A DNA stretch of 64,000 nucleotides, from contig OZ024749.1 in assembly GCA_964016885.1 (NCBI GenBank), positions 43,648,001-43,712,000 of the forward strand, read 5' to 3'. Positions 40,004-54,958 of this stretch are shown here, piece by piece; within the stretch, counting starts at the first letter, position 1, and every line of letters starts with the position of its first letter. The position numbers and the translations under genes are program-made. This DNA is from Eledone cirrhosa (taxonomy: Eukaryota). The notes beneath the pieces were generated by a model. That model had not been told where the DNA came from. It ran no database searches and saw only the letters and a program-made list of their open reading frames with translations.

Positions 40004-40784
40004 TTTGTATATACGCATGCGTGTGTGTGCTTTCTATGTGTACATGACTTTTGAAAGGAGTCTTATCCTCTCCCTTTCTCTCTATCTTCTGTACGATAAA
40101 GATTCGAAAACAGATGGAAAAAAAATAATAATAATAATAACGATATGATATAAATATTTTTCAATGGATCTTATATTATATTTGCCTCTTTTCTGTCGTT
40201 CAATAATACTGTTGTAATAAAATATAAATTCTACTGTGGAATCTAAACAAGCTGTTTAAGATCCAAAGCTGATATGTTTACGGGTTATATTTTTAAGTAT
40301 CATTAACCATCTTACAATGACTGTTGCTGCGATTGTCCTCATTGTCGTCGTTAATGTTGGTGCTGTTGCTGTTGTTGCTGTTGTTGTTATTGTGATGGTG
40401 TTGGTGGAGGTGGTTATTTTACTCCAAGTAAGCCCTAACCAGGCGGCGCTAAGGTCAAATGTAATCCAGTGCTGCCCATCCTCGTTATTTTCAAGAATGC
40501 CCTTCTTTGCCCCTTCCCCCATTTTGTTTTCTTACTTAATTTTGTTTTCATCTTTTTTTAATATTTCCATCGTTTTCAATCACCTTTTATTTGTAAAATA
40601 TAGTTGAAATTTTTTTCTTAAATCTAGAATTATATTATTTAATTTTCTTGGAGTTTCTGTAGTATGGTATTTTCTATTCTTTTTTTTTTTTACAGTTTGA
40701 GATTACTGGCCCCACACCCAAACTTCCTCCTTCCCTAAACTCGTGTAGGTGTACTATGGCCATGTGATTATTTCTGAGTACAAT

Positions 40785-41156
40785 TTTTACTCACTGAGAT
40801 GGTGGATGAGAAACACATGAGGATGCTGAGGATGACTCTGAATATTAACCAGTACACACTGAGGATGAAAAATTCAGAGCTGTACGAGAGTCTTCCAAAT
40901 GTCAGCTCAAATGTACCACAGGAGATTGAGGTTAGTTGGACATGATCACCGACATTCAGTGCTGATACTACACTCAGTGGCCCTGTGGGAGCTCCTACAT
41001 GTACACGCTAGAAAAGGGAGATCGAGGGTGACGTACGTTGATGCCTTTAGGACATACACTAGTCTCCGAGAGAGGCGGGACATAGAGACGATGATGAAGG
41101 ACAAAGACCGCTGGAGAGCACTCGTCCATAGATCTCGGGAATTTTACCCACACTAA
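40785..41156 (+). mobile_element. RTE-type LINE ORF 3' remnant (second family)
   Basis: RMLRMTLNINQYTLRMKNSELYESLPNV / RRLRLVGHDHRH..LWELLHVHARKGRSRVTYVD..MMKDKDRWRALV matches RTE post-RT motifs (RRLRxxGH, GRP, DRxxWR). Confidence 0.8.
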
Positions 41157-42108
41157 AAAGAAATTCTACGACACAAGCAGATATTAGTACAGATTTGTGG
41201 TTAGTACAGTCCTGTGGTTATTTCAAATTATTGAACGTCAACAAGAACATTTGTATGGTTGATTATAGTATTTACATAGTTATTTTGTTAGTATACTACA
41301 ATTAGATATAGTAAAAAATATGTCAACACAGAGATTAGAATGATCCCGTGATTATATCTGAGTACAAACGTTTATGCTGATGAACATATTAAACAAATAT
41401 GTTCATCAAATAATTATTTTAAGGAAATTTTGAAATTACACAAATCTTTGTGAAAGATGACATTGCCCAGTGTTTGATTGTTTTCCTGAGTCTGAGAAGC
41501 ATTTGTAATAGCTATTTTTTAAAGATTTTATGAATGTCTTAAGTTATTTAACCATCACTTATCATGTAAGGGCATGAAGCATTAAATTTATAAATTAGAT
41601 TTAGAACTATGCAAGCCGGGGTCAACTGAACATTAAAATAATCACCAGAATTAAAGCAACGCAAGGGATGAATTCTTTTATAAGAAAGTAATGTTTGTCT
41701 GTTTTTTCATCGATTCCCCGAGAAATTGTAGCAAATAATGTTGGTGCTACAAATATAATTTTGAAACATTTTACTATTATATATTCTCAGCAGAATGTTC
41801 TCATTCTTTAGCAGATCTTGCTGAATTCCATAAGGAAATAAACAATTAATTCCAGAGAAATAGAAAGATGTGAACGAACAGACAATTGATGTCTGTTGGT
41901 AGAAGTTTAAACTTCAACAGTGACACGTTGTAAATTAAGTCGAACATTTCCTCCTCGGAGATTTGAAATAAAATGTATTCAAACATTAGGTGTATTTATT
42001 TCAAAGTGCACCGTTTGCATTTACTACCTACAACACAGACATATTGTGCGTATGAATATGTAATACATACATATATATATATATATGTGTATATTTACAC
42101 ACACACGC

Positions 42109-42172
<64 letters not shown>

Positions 42173-42236
42173 GTATATATATATATATATGTATATACAT
42201 ATATATATATACATATATATATACATATATATATAC

Positions 42237-42325
<89 letters not shown>

Positions 42326-42352
42326 CATATATATATATACATATATATATAC

Positions 42353-42449
<97 letters not shown>

Positions 42450-42811
42450 TGAACGGCGACCAAAACATTGTGATTATATTTCGCTCAAGAGAAATTTCTA
42501 TTGGTAATTGGTAAAGTTAAGCATTTAAGTCGATGAGAGTGTGCGACACAGAGAGAGTGTGTGTGTGTGTGAGAGAGAGAGGGGGGCGTAGGGGAGAGAG
42601 AGAGAAATATTAACTGAATGTACAGTTAACACATGTGAGTAGTGTCCAAGTTATATTTCTTCAAAAAAAAGGTGCCAGTGACTTCGAAGTTTCGGTGATG
42701 TTATCTATTCAAACAACGAGTTCGAATCTTAGGGGTTTTTTTATCTTTAGTTCAAGTAGTCAGGTCTTGTGCTGTCTCTGATTAGTGGGCCAGGTTAATA
42801 GTTCCATGTAA

Positions 42812-43032
42812 TTGGTTTCTGATATAGGCACAAGGCCCACGATTTTTGAGGAGTGGGAAAGTCAATCAAGTCGACCTCAGTGCATTACTGGTGTTTTATT
42901 TTATCGACCTAATGAGGATAAAAGACAAGGCTAACCTCAGCAGGATTTAAACTCAGGTCGTAAAGGGACGTAGCCCTATGCGATAAAGAATGTTGTCCGA
43001 CGCTCTACCGATACTGCCAATCCACCGCCCTA
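42812..43032 (-). mobile_element. Full-length Meta-like SINE
   Basis: Runs from the tail TAGGCACAAGGCC to the head TACTGCCAATCCACCGCCCT (reverse complement). Confidence 0.85.
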
Positions 43033-43099
43033 AGTAATTCTATGTTATTAAGTCGATAGTTTGTGCTTTCTATCCTAAATGTTTTAATTATTAACGTAT

Positions 43100-43292
43100 A
43101 GGCGGTAGATTGGCAGTATCGGTAGAAGGTCGGACGCCATGCTTTGCAGCATAGAGTTACGGCCCTTTATGATCTGAGTTCAAATCCCACCGAGGTTAAC
43201 TTAGCCTTTCCTCCTTACGGGGGTCGATAAAATAAAGTACCAGTTATGCACTGGGATAATTGCTGGCCTTGTGCCAAAAGTAGAAACAATTA
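43100..43292 (+). mobile_element. Full-length Meta-like SINE with TSD
   Basis: Flanked by TTAATTATTAACGTATAG and TTAATTATTAACATATAG. Confidence 0.9.
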
Positions 43293-44080
43293 ATTATTAA
43301 CATATAGTCATAAATGTGTGTGTAAGTATTTCGGGTACTCTGATGAGGTTAACAATTTTAGAATATATCATCACCAGATCATGGGTTAGAGGGGCGAAGA
43401 ACTAGCAGACTTAAGGCCACATGTAGCCCTCTGAAAGACGCTCAACGTTCGAGGGAAAAGCCTTCATATTACAGTATATTTTGCATAATTTCATTTCATT
43501 TAATGTCTGTTTTAAACTGTGTCATAAAAGAAAAACTCACTTAAATGACGTTATTTACATGTGTAATTTTACTTCCGAAGATAACTGAGGTTTAGCGAGA
43601 CATTTCTTTCAATTGACCTCACTAGATTTCAATTATATATACCTTTCAGGTATAAAAACGCTCCTTACTCCATGCTTTAGGGCATACATCTGCATATATC
43701 ATCCCGTGCATCAATTCCCCCTCTTATGTGTAGTTTTGTTCTCGACATAAACACTCACACTTATGAGCCGTATACTCGTGAATCATCTCACAGTAGACTT
43801 ACATATTTCTACTTCCAGATGCTTTTGACACAAACATTCAAGTTGAAGCAATTTAATTTGTAGTTATTAGCTTCTATGATGATATATTAAGTTAGTTATA
43901 TTGTAAAATAGTTTATATACTCTTCAACATAATATATCATGAAATAAGGTAATAACTATAAACTTAATTTCCTCATCTTGCTTATGTCGAAAACAAAATT
44001 ACAAATATAAAATCAGACACTTTATTAACGTCACCATTATATACCTAATATATACACACATATACACACACACTGATTAC

Positions 44081-44218
<138 letters not shown>

Positions 44219-44253
44219 GTGTATATATATATATGTATGTATATGTATGTATG

Positions 44254-44311
<58 letters not shown>

Positions 44312-44586
44312 AATATATATGCATGTATGTGTATATATATATGTATGTATATATATATATATGTATATATATATATGCATGTATGTGTATATATATATAT
44401 ATGTATGCATGTATATACATATATATATACACACATACACACACACACATTATATATAAAGAAATAGCCAACATTATTATTCCAAAATATTTAAATTCAT
44501 TTATTCTATATTAACACATGCACACACAAATATATATAAATTATATTAATATATTTGCGTGTAGAACTTGTATATATACAGTATGA

Positions 44587-44668
44587 TACGGGGTGTCCCA
44601 AAAAATGTATACACACTTCAAAAACATTCTAATAAATATGTGTATATATTTTGATGGGATACCCTGTA
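44587..44668. mobile_element. Tc1/mariner-type MITE of about 80 bp
   Basis: TA-CGGGGTGTCCCAAAAAATGTATACAC...GTGTATATATTTTGATGGGATACCCTG-TA: imperfect TIRs with TA at both ends. A related copy lies at 49163-49266. Confidence 0.7.
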
Positions 44669-44790
44669 TATATACGTATGTGTGAGATATATAACAGATT
44701 GTGGTGTGGAGTGCTTTCGTGCGCTGTTTGTAGTTGGTTTTATTATCTAAGCTCTTCAATTAACTTCAGTTTATTACGTTGAAGCTAGAC

Positions 44791-44965
44791 TTAACCCATT
44801 CGTTACCATATTTCCAATAAAAGACTATTATGATATTCACATCATTTTGTAAATAAATCAAGAATTTGGACGGGTTTAGTAATATAACCAGCTTACTCAT
44901 TATTAAGCTGGAATTTGGAACATAAAGATTTTTTTTACATAAAACTATGATGGAAGCTTTTTAGA
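44791..44965 (+). mobile_element. Possible piggyBac-like non-autonomous element end
   Basis: Begins TTAA-CCCATTCGTTAC (TTAA target plus CCC terminus); the other end was not found. Confidence 0.35.
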
Positions 44966-44976
44966 TAAATACATAT

Positions 44977-45058
<82 letters not shown>

Positions 45059-45194
45059 GATGAGTTATATGGGTTGTTGATTATTCAACAAAGTTAATTT
45101 TACAGCAGATTAGAAGCAGTCTACAGATTTTATATGCTGTATCATTACTATTAAGAATATTAATAAATGGAAAATATCTTTATAAAACCATATT

Positions 45195-45255
45195 CACTTT
45201 ATTATACGTATTTCAAGGGTACTAATATTTAAGTACGCTTTCGTCAGATAAAATA
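45195..45255 (-). ncRNA. Minimal type I hammerhead ribozyme motif (family A)
   Basis: Reverse complement: TATTTTAT-CTGACGA-AAGCGTACT.TAAATATT.AGTACCCTT-GAAA-TACGTA-TA-ATAAAGTG. Confidence 0.8.
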
Positions 45256-45376
45256 TAATATTTGGTGTTAAGATAGTGACATATCATCATGTGAAATTAT
45301 GGTATAAGTTCAATGAAGATATATATATATATATATATAATAAAGATGAAATAAAAATGGTTATAATAGTTCCATA

Positions 45377-45446
45377 TATTTTATTATACGTATTTCGAAT
45401 ACAAAATCATCCTGCGACAGATGTTGTGTTCTCTTCAGATAAAAAA
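45377..45446 (-). ncRNA. Minimal type I hammerhead ribozyme motif (family A)
   Basis: Reverse complement: TTTTTTAT-CTGAAGA-GAACACAACATC..GATGATTTTGTATTC-GAAA-TACGTA-TA-ATAAAATA. Confidence 0.8.
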
Positions 45447-45590
45447 TAAGATATGAGACATAATAGCACTTGTTTATAGGATAGTGCTAAGTCTACATAT
45501 TACAGAAATATATGTGTTAATACTATAGTAAAAAATAGATAGGAAAAGAGAAGAAAAGGAAAAAGAAAGAGAAGAAAGAAAAAAGAAGGA

Positions 45591-45683
<93 letters not shown>

Positions 45684-46238
45684 TTGATCAGGAACGCTGT
45701 CAAATTGAAAACAGCTGTAAATAACGGTTAAAAAATAAATTGATGAGGTGTATGTGCGAATATTATAGAAGGTATTCGAATATTAGAGGTCTAAATATAG
45801 AAACTGGGTATATTATTTTATATTGGGTTTAAATACTAAAATTTGGTTTAAGAAGTGCAGAAATGTATTAATAAAATAAATATAAAAGGATTTTTATAAA
45901 ATAAAATAAAAATAGTCTATCTATGTCAAAGTTAATAGTTCTAGTAAAAATATATATATGTGGGGTATACTATTTAAGTTTTATTTTATATCATCAAGTA
46001 AATAAAGGAAACTGCTAGAAGGATTTATAAAGTAGAAAAAACGTAGAGAAAATCTATTATAATATGACGCCATCTTTTGTTTACAAAATTAACGAAGGTT
46101 TGAGCGAAAATCTAAGGCTATACAAAAGAAGATCAAAGGCTTAATATATACTGAGAAAACCAAAATAATACATTGTAGAATATAATGAAAGAGGTGTAAA
46201 GATAACAGTGACTCGTGGAATATGTTATAGGACATATA

Positions 46239-46371
<133 letters not shown>

Positions 46372-46536
46372 ATAATGATAAAGAACGAGGATTCAGTGTT
46401 GCATCATATCATATTTAATAACATATTACATATGTTTCTCTATCGATCAGCTCGAAGCAAGACCTATTATATATAGATCGAACCTGACTCTGTAATCGAA
46501 AGTTCTAAAGATCAGTTTGGCATATGAATTCTTCTC

Positions 46537-46605
<69 letters not shown>

Positions 46606-47380
46606 CGCGTGTGTGCGTGTGTGTGTGCGTGTGAGTGTGTGTACACACATATATATACATACATATATATAAAACATATATTATAGAGAGAGTGAGAAAC
46701 ATTTTTAAATAAACACTTTAGTATCATAGAACTAGAGGCGATCTGGTGTCAAAAGGATTAATAACTGGTCTTACTTGTGTATTTAAACCTATTGTGTTTT
46801 TATACTGAAGCTGTACTTAAAAACTGGTTCTACTTGTGTGTTTGTACCTATTAACTCTTCTTACTCAGTTCCATTTTTTTCGTATCAATCTGATACTTTT
46901 TTCCTCCATTTCCTATGTATTGTACGTTATCAGTTTCAGCTACTGAAATATTTCTATTGCTGGTTCTTATCTAATTCTATTATTTCGTTATTAATATTTT
47001 ATCATTATTATTATTACAGTCGTTTTTATTATTATATTATATTATATTATATTATATTATATTATATTATATTATAATATATTATATCATATTATATTAT
47101 TATTATAATACAATCGTTTTGATTATATTAAATTATATTGTTACAAATGTTTAAAAGAGTTATAACATTACATACATTGACAAAAAATATTTCATACTAT
47201 ATTATATAATTTTCAACAAAGTAATCTACCTTGTGTATCTGCATACGTGTGTGGGTGTGTCTGTGCACGCATGCGTGTAAGTGTGCGTGGGAATGTGGAT
47301 TATCGAGATTTTACATTATGATTAAAAAGTGTTGCTGAAGTATTTTTTTTAAATAGGTGTATCAAGTACACTATATTAAA

Positions 47381-48240
47381 ATACTATTGTGGTGGGTGTA
47401 TCTTGGGTGAGAGGATGACAGACAAAATACTATTGTGGTGGGTGTATCTTGGGTGAGAGGATGACAGACAAAATACTATTGTGGTGGGTGTATCTTGGGT
47501 GAGAGGATGACAGACACAATACTATTGTGGTGGGTGTATCTTGGGTGAGAGAATGACAGACACAATACTATTGTGGTGGGTGTATCTTGGGTGAGAGAAT
47601 GACAGACACAATACTATTGTGGTGGGTGTATCTTGGGTGAGAGGATGACAGACACAATACTATTGTGGTGGGTGTATCTTAGGTGAGAGAATGACAGACA
47701 CAATACTATTGTGGTGGGTGTATCTTGGGTGAGAGGATGACAGACAAAATACTATTGTGGTGGGTGTATCTTGGGTGAGAGGATGACAGACAAAATACTA
47801 TTGTGGTGGGTGTATCTTGGGTGAGAGAATGACAGACACAATACTATTGTGGTGGGTGTATCTTGGGTGAGAGAATGACAGACAAAATACTATTGTGGTG
47901 GGTGTATCTTGGGTGAGAGAATGACAGACACAATACTATTGTGGTGGGTGTATATTGGGTGAGAGAATGACAGACACAATACTATTGTGGTGGGTGTATC
48001 TTGGGTGAGAGAATGACAGACACAATACTATTGTGGTGGGTGTATCTTGGGTGAGAGAATGACAGACATAATACTATTGTGGTGGGTGTATCTTGGGTGA
48101 GAGGATGACAGACACAATACTATTGTGGTGGTGTATCTTGGGTGAGAGGATGACAGACAAAATACTATTGTGGTGGGTGTATCTTGGGTGAGAGAATGAC
48201 AGACACAATACTATTGTGGTGGGTGTATATTGGGTGAGAG
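47381..48240 (+). repeat. 46-bp minisatellite, about 18.7 copies
   Basis: Unit ATACTATTGTGGTGGGTGTATCTTGGGTGAGAG(G/A)ATGACAGACA(A/C)A, very homogeneous, with no unique spacers. Confidence 0.97.
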
Positions 48241-48384
48241 CATAAAGATAGGGGCCCCAGTTCTATCTGGTTGTTGTTACAGCTCAGACACATGCAGGTT
48301 TGGTAGGCATCCTACGTGGTTGCATCTCATGAGTTTTCTTTGGTGTTTTAAGGATAAAGGGCATCTGTCTTATCATGGAAAACA

Positions 48385-48495
48385 ACAAAAAATGAAGTCT
48401 CTGGCTCAAGCTCACAGCACGTCATCCGATCCAGAAATCAAGCCCGTTACCATACGACGTGGGTCCAGCACCCTATGTACTAGGCAGGGTGACGT
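48385..48495 (-). mobile_element. Degraded CORE-type SINE
   Basis: Reverse complement: tRNA-like head, then GTGCTGTGAGCTTGAGCCAGAGACTTCATTT. Confidence 0.45.
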
Positions 48496-49017
48496 CACGT
48501 GATTACTTCAAACCAGAAGATTTTGCACCGTCCGTTACATTAATTTCACGAGAAAGCTAATTCTCTGTTGATCGTACAACTGTTAACACTCATCATTGAA
48601 ACCAACGGAGACCCATACCATCTAATTCCATTCATATGTTGTGTAGTATCTCGACAATATACCTCGCCATAGAAAAGCAACAACAACAGCAACAACAAAA
48701 GCAACAACAACAAAATAAAAGCCACGTGAAAGAAGTGTATGATTGAAAACTGAGAACAGATATAAAATATGGAATGCTTCATTTATACAACAAAACCTTC
48801 GTCCTTTTCTGAATGTTGATGTGGATGTGTGATTATGTTTATTTGTATGTGAAGGAGCGTGTGCATGTTTGCGTGTGTGTAGGTGTTTGGATGTGAAGAA
48901 TGCATGCGTATGTGTATGCAAGTGCATGTTTGTGTGTGTATGTGTGTTTTACAGATTTTCTATTCGATTTCTTTTTTTTTTATATATATATTTGTATATT
49001 TTGTAGTGTTATATTCA

Positions 49018-49050
<33 letters not shown>

Positions 49051-49123
49051 ACTCTCTCTCTCTCTCCCTTAAGCATGCATTATATATATATATATATAAT
49101 GCATGTTTGAGAGAAAGAGAGTG

Positions 49124-49162
<39 letters not shown>

Positions 49163-49166
<4 letters not shown>

Positions 49167-49266
49167 TGTCCTCCAAAAATTGTATACACACTTTGATTAC
49201 ATGTACAGGCAATATTTGTTAGAATTCTGTGGAATGTGTAAACATTTTTTGGGACAACATCCCACA
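49163..49266. mobile_element. Tc1/mariner-type MITE (relative of 44587)
   Basis: GGTGTCCTCCAAAAATTGTATACACACTT...TGTGTAAACATTTTTTGGGACA inside (TA)n. Confidence 0.6.
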
Positions 49267-49268
49267 TA

Positions 49269-49319
<51 letters not shown>

Positions 49320-49508
49320 CCGATCCCAATTCAGGTCTTATACTAATCGATTAAGTCTTTTTCCCGCCTTTATATTTGTTTTGCTTTGTTTTGGTTGATT
49401 TTTTTTTTTTTACTCTATATTTCCAAGTGAGAGCCCAGCACATCGATTGAGCCTATTTATGTTGCCACATAGAAGCAGCCACTGGATTATTAGAACGCCC
49501 ACATGAAC

Positions 49509-49574
<66 letters not shown>

Positions 49575-49734
49575 AAATAATAATACAACGCTACGCTCTG
49601 TTCTGTATTCTGTTAACATAACTTTTCTTTTGTGGCGGTAAGAAAAGCTATAAAATCCAACAATTATTATTATTGTCATTGTCATTATTATTATTATTAT
49701 TATCGTTATTATTATTCTCATCATCATCATCATC

Positions 49735-49774
<40 letters not shown>

Positions 49775-49941
49775 AGAGAGCCGCAAAAGGTAGAGGAATT
49801 CTTCCATTTTTAATGCATTTATTTATATGTAGTTTGTTTCCGCATCCCTTAAACCGTGTATTTAGTAGAACAATATCAAACGGTATATAGACACATACGG
49901 CACAGACTGGTCTTATTTTGATAGCTATATAAAAGAGGGTG

Positions 49942-49973
<32 letters not shown>

Positions 49974-50000
49974 AATATATACTAAATACACACATACACC

Positions 50001-50031
<31 letters not shown>

Positions 50032-50738
50032 ATACAGAGAGAGAAAGGCGCGAATGTGGGAAGAGAGAAGGGAGAAGAAAGGGAGAGGAAAGAGAGACGA
50101 GGGGGAAGAGAGGGGAGGAGAGAGAGGGAAAAGAGAGAGAGATGAGAGGGGAGGAGAGAGAGGGAAAAGAGAGAGAAGTGAGAAGGAGAGAAGAGAGACT
50201 GGGGAGGAGGAAGAGAGAGAGCGAGATGAAAGAGGAGGGAGAAGAGAGAGGGAGAGGAGAGAGAGAAGAGAGAGGGGGAGAAGAGAGAGAGAGGAGAAAG
50301 AGGAGAAAAGAGAGAAAATGAAAGCGGAGCGGGTGAAAAAGATTGAAAATAACAGAAGGTAGTACCAATCAGATTTATTTTTCAGAAACCATTTTATTTT
50401 CAACAGAAATCTGTCAATGGCCAAGAAATGAAAAGGTAGAATTAAGAAACTAATTTCGCGCTGTGATGGAAAGCATTTCATTTGTATCGTTGACAATCTA
50501 GTCGAAAACGCCCGTAGACTCTAACACGCAAAGCTGACAAAAGAACAACCAAGGGAAACAATTCATTAGAACAATTTGACGTTATGATTTGCCTTCGAAA
50601 TATTTTCTCCTTGCTTTTGTTTCCTTTTCTTTTCTTGTTTTTCTTTGTTGCTGTATTTTTTTTTGTTTTGTTTTGTTTTGTTATTTCTTTCTCTTACGTT
50701 ACCTTCTCTTTCCCTCTGTAATATATATATATATATAT

Positions 50739-50811
<73 letters not shown>

Positions 50812-51229
50812 CATACATATATACATATACATATATAGAGAGAAATTAGTATATATATATATATATATATATACATACAATCATATATATATATACATAT
50901 ACATATGTAATTAGCATATATATATATACATATATATATGTTAATTTCTCTTAGTGAATCTTTACTAGACCACCAGATCATCAGTTGAGTGAATGGAAGT
51001 TTTTGTGTAAAGCAAAGGGGGGGGGAGGAAGGAAGGAATTTGGAGAGGGGGGGGGGGGGGGGGTGTCGATAATATTTTAATGTATTTTTACACAATGGAG
51101 AGTTAACAATGACCGATTTCTGGAATTTGTTGACGAATGGCGAACAAACGATAACTCTCCAAAATAAAAACAATGCAGGCAATGTACTGCCTTCCGCTAT
51201 GTTCTTAGTTCAAATCATGCTAGCGTCTA

Positions 51230-51530
51230 CTAGTGGTAAGGCTGTTGGACTTATTATCATAATGTTGTGGGTTTGACTCCTGGGCTGGGATGCGTGGTAT
51301 GTTCTTGAGCAAAGACCTCATTCTCGTTGCTCCAGTATACTCAGTGGAGGCGTGTGGCCTTGTGGTAAGAGTGTTGGACCTATTATCATAATAAGAGTGT
51401 TTGACCTATTATCCATGTTGTGGACTTGATTCCTGGGCTGGGTTGTGTGTTGTGTTCTTGAGCAAAACACCTCATTTCACGTTGCTCCAGTATACTCAGC
51501 TGAAAATGAGTACCAGCAATATTTGAGGGT
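51230..51530 (+). mobile_element. Tandem pair of CORE-type SINEs
   Basis: GTGGTAAG..TGTTGGAC...GTTCTTGAGCAAA...GTTGCTCCAGTATACTCAG occurs twice. Confidence 0.8.
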
Positions 51531-51974
51531 TTAACCCTCCGATGTCCCTACTCTACCAACGTATTGAGTGCCTTTTTTAACTGGTTACCACTCGGTGGAA
51601 TCTACATTTTATATATCTTTACCTCTCATATATATTTTTGTGTTATAATACACAAAAATACATATAGAGAGGGGAATGGAGGAGGGGTGCAACTAAAACT
51701 GTCGAATGGCTTAACTTGAACGTAAACCAATGTACGCCAATGCAATGCCAAACGGAAGTGAATGAAACAGAAGTATTGATGAACGGAAGTGAATAAAATC
51801 CATAACCCTACATTCAACCCCATACCGCACAAGAACAAGAAAATAGTAAATCAAACTCGTCCTTCACAATTATACCTACACCTCCAGGTAAAACTTCTAC
51901 CAACCTACACCAATTGCGTATATATGGGTGACGAATGTCATCACGCTGGATCCATCGTATTACATAGTTTCTAT

Positions 51975-52160
51975 AACAATTGTTTCTACTTTTGGCACAA
52001 TTATCCCAGTGCGTGACTGGTACTTTATCTTATCGACCCGGTAAGGATGGAAGGCAAAGTTAATCTCGGCCGGATTTGAACTCAGAATGTATAAGGTCGT
52101 AACCCTTTGCCACTAAGCATGGTGTCCGACGCTCTACCGATTTTGCCAATCCACCGTCAG
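51975..52160 (-). mobile_element. Meta-like SINE
   Basis: Reverse complement of the family sequence. Confidence 0.85.
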
Positions 52161-52208
52161 CGGCAACTGTATACACACACATACGTGTATATATATGTAT
52201 ATGTATGA

Positions 52209-52265
<57 letters not shown>

Positions 52266-52284
52266 TGTGTGTGTGTGCGCGTGT

Positions 52285-52338
<54 letters not shown>

Positions 52339-52373
52339 ATATATACGTATATATATATATACATATATATACC

Positions 52374-52437
<64 letters not shown>

Positions 52438-52912
52438 TATTACAACTTCCAACTAAAATCGTTCTGTAGCTAGAACGACGACACCAACAGCAACAAAAAC
52501 AGCTAAAGTTTCTAAAATATCTTGTGATTCCTCATTTTACCGACCTACACAGTTCTACCTACCTACCTTGAAAAAAAATACATAAATAATTGACTGACTA
52601 GATAAATAAATGTCTATTGAGATAGCAATTTGATGATGCATTCTGTTTGTACAGTGTTGTGTATGTATGTGGCAGAGGGAGAGGGTGAGGATGTGGTCAA
52701 GTCATTATTGGCATTCATCAGGCTGAAACGTCTGCTGTGTTGACTAAAGTAAACTAAAATAAAGTGAAATAGAATTAAAAAAAAAATATGGTTACTGGAG
52801 ATAACTTTCCTAAAGGAGATGATGGCGACAATTGTTGCCAACCAATCAAACATGGCCGGCAGACATAGTATTATTTGCCTCGTATAAACAACTTTAGTAA
52901 CAACGTCCAGCT

Positions 52913-53160
52913 GACTGGTTAGGTAGTTCGGCTGACGATCGTAAGGTACCAAGTCGGTTCCCTGTGGTACGTTGTGTCTTTGAACAAGACACTATATTTC
53001 ACATTGCTCCAATCCACTTAGCTAGAGAAAAAAAATTACTTTTACTCATAATTTAAAAGCCCAGCCTTGTCACACTACTCACCCTGATAATTATACTAAA
53101 GATACACGTGTCTGTGGAATGTCCAGATATTTACAAGATGATTTCAGGAACAGATTGTCC
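52913..53160 (+). mobile_element. CORE-type SINE
   Basis: GTTGTGTCTTTGAACAAGACACTATATTTCACATTGCTCCAATCCACTTAGCT core. Confidence 0.7.
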
Positions 53161-54704
53161 CACTATTCGAAAACCTGGAACAACTTTTAATTACAGATAC
53201 AATCCATTGGACGAGCTTCCAAACAATTTCCGTCTACCCTATATCAATCATAAGACTTCGAATCGATCTGGGGTATATGGTAAATGATACTTGCCCAACA
53301 TGCGATATAGTGAGTCAGAAACCGAGACATTATGACATCTGTCAGGTGTTGTCACTGACAACCGGGAAACAGTGTCAACAATGCAAAGAACATAGTTTTT
53401 TGGTCCAACCTGGTGATAGATTTCTTTACCGTTTTATAGTTCATGTGTATTCCTCACCTGTTGACCAGTTTCTAAAGTATCCTTCTTCTTCGTTTCCACT
53501 TTTCACGTCTTAAATCTTCCTACCAACACCTTAATAACTTTATATTAAATTATATTGCAGCATTAGACAAAAAAACAAAAAAAATACTTTCAACTTTTTC
53601 AAACATGGCAGCTTAAAAGCAACAAAAAATATGCAGCTCCGAATTAGTTTCCTCATTCATTTGATGAAGGTGTCTTATCCCGAAATATAAGGACATATAA
53701 AGAACTTCAAGTTAACAGCCTAATATCTTGGTTATATATTTTAACATTTACCATCCAATCCTTTGCTTTTACCTCTCAAATAAATCTCTTTTCTACAATT
53801 AATACAATTCTTCAATCAAACTACAACACTCAATGCCTTAAAATTTTCTTGATTTTTTTAAAACGTACTTTTCTTCCTATTCTCTATATTCACCCCCTGT
53901 GGAGCTCTCCTTTAACATTCACAACATTATTTTTATATTTTTGTATATATTGTTATTAATAAGGTGTGTGTCACACAGCCGAAGTATATAATAAAGATAT
54001 ATCTGTATAACCGAGAGAGTAAAAATGTGTAAATAAATATATACATACATACATTTTACACAGTCTCATTACCTTTATTCTGTGTATATACAGATATATA
54101 TATATAAGATATAACTATCATTTGTATTAATATCTCTTGCAAAGTCGGAATGTTGACAAAGATCGGTCGGTTGGGAGTCCTAACAACAATAAAGACCTTC
54201 ATAGATAATGGAATCACATCATTAATTATAAATAGTCACTAGTTGTTGTTGTAGTTGTTATTGAGATAATTGCTTTGCCTCTGGTTACAAAACATTTCAT
54301 GAAGAAAGATTTCGAAGTCATCCCGTTGAGCGATCACAAAAGATATTTACTATATCAAATAAAATATATAAAGAATCAACAGTATTCTCACTGAGACAAC
54401 GATCTTTCAGTATTTATAATAGTTTTATTAACACGGTTTCTTACAAAACAAACTACAAAATAACGTATAATGTGTTAATCCTGGAAACATTATAAAATAC
54501 ACCTCGGGCTGTGTAGAAGTGTGGAAAGGAAATCCTGTGATGATTATATTTTTTTTCTTTTTACTCCGGGCAATACATGTGTGCACGCGCGCGTATATAT
54601 ATATATATATATATATATATGATTTTGATTCCTGATTATGCGGCTATTATCCGTTAGCTGTGATAATTATCCGTCTCTGTAAGTAACTCCACCTTCTACT
54701 ATAT

Positions 54705-54799
<95 letters not shown>

Positions 54800-54915
54800 G
54801 AGAGAGAGAGAGAAAGAAAGAGAGAATACGCAAAAAGTAAAGCTTATGTGTTCGTTTGTAGCTGGGGATTCACCCCGTCACCACTGAGCGTTCTCCATGG
54901 GCGTTCCTTCAGGGG

Positions 54916-54958
<43 letters not shown>

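Noticed and set aside
43385-43680. Possible hAT/Charlie-like MITE (GGCCACATGTAGCCC)
   Set aside because: TIRs and an 8-bp TSD could not be shown.
47381-48240. CRISPR-like regular array
   Set aside because: Units are contiguous with no unique spacers, there are no cas genes, and the context is eukaryotic.
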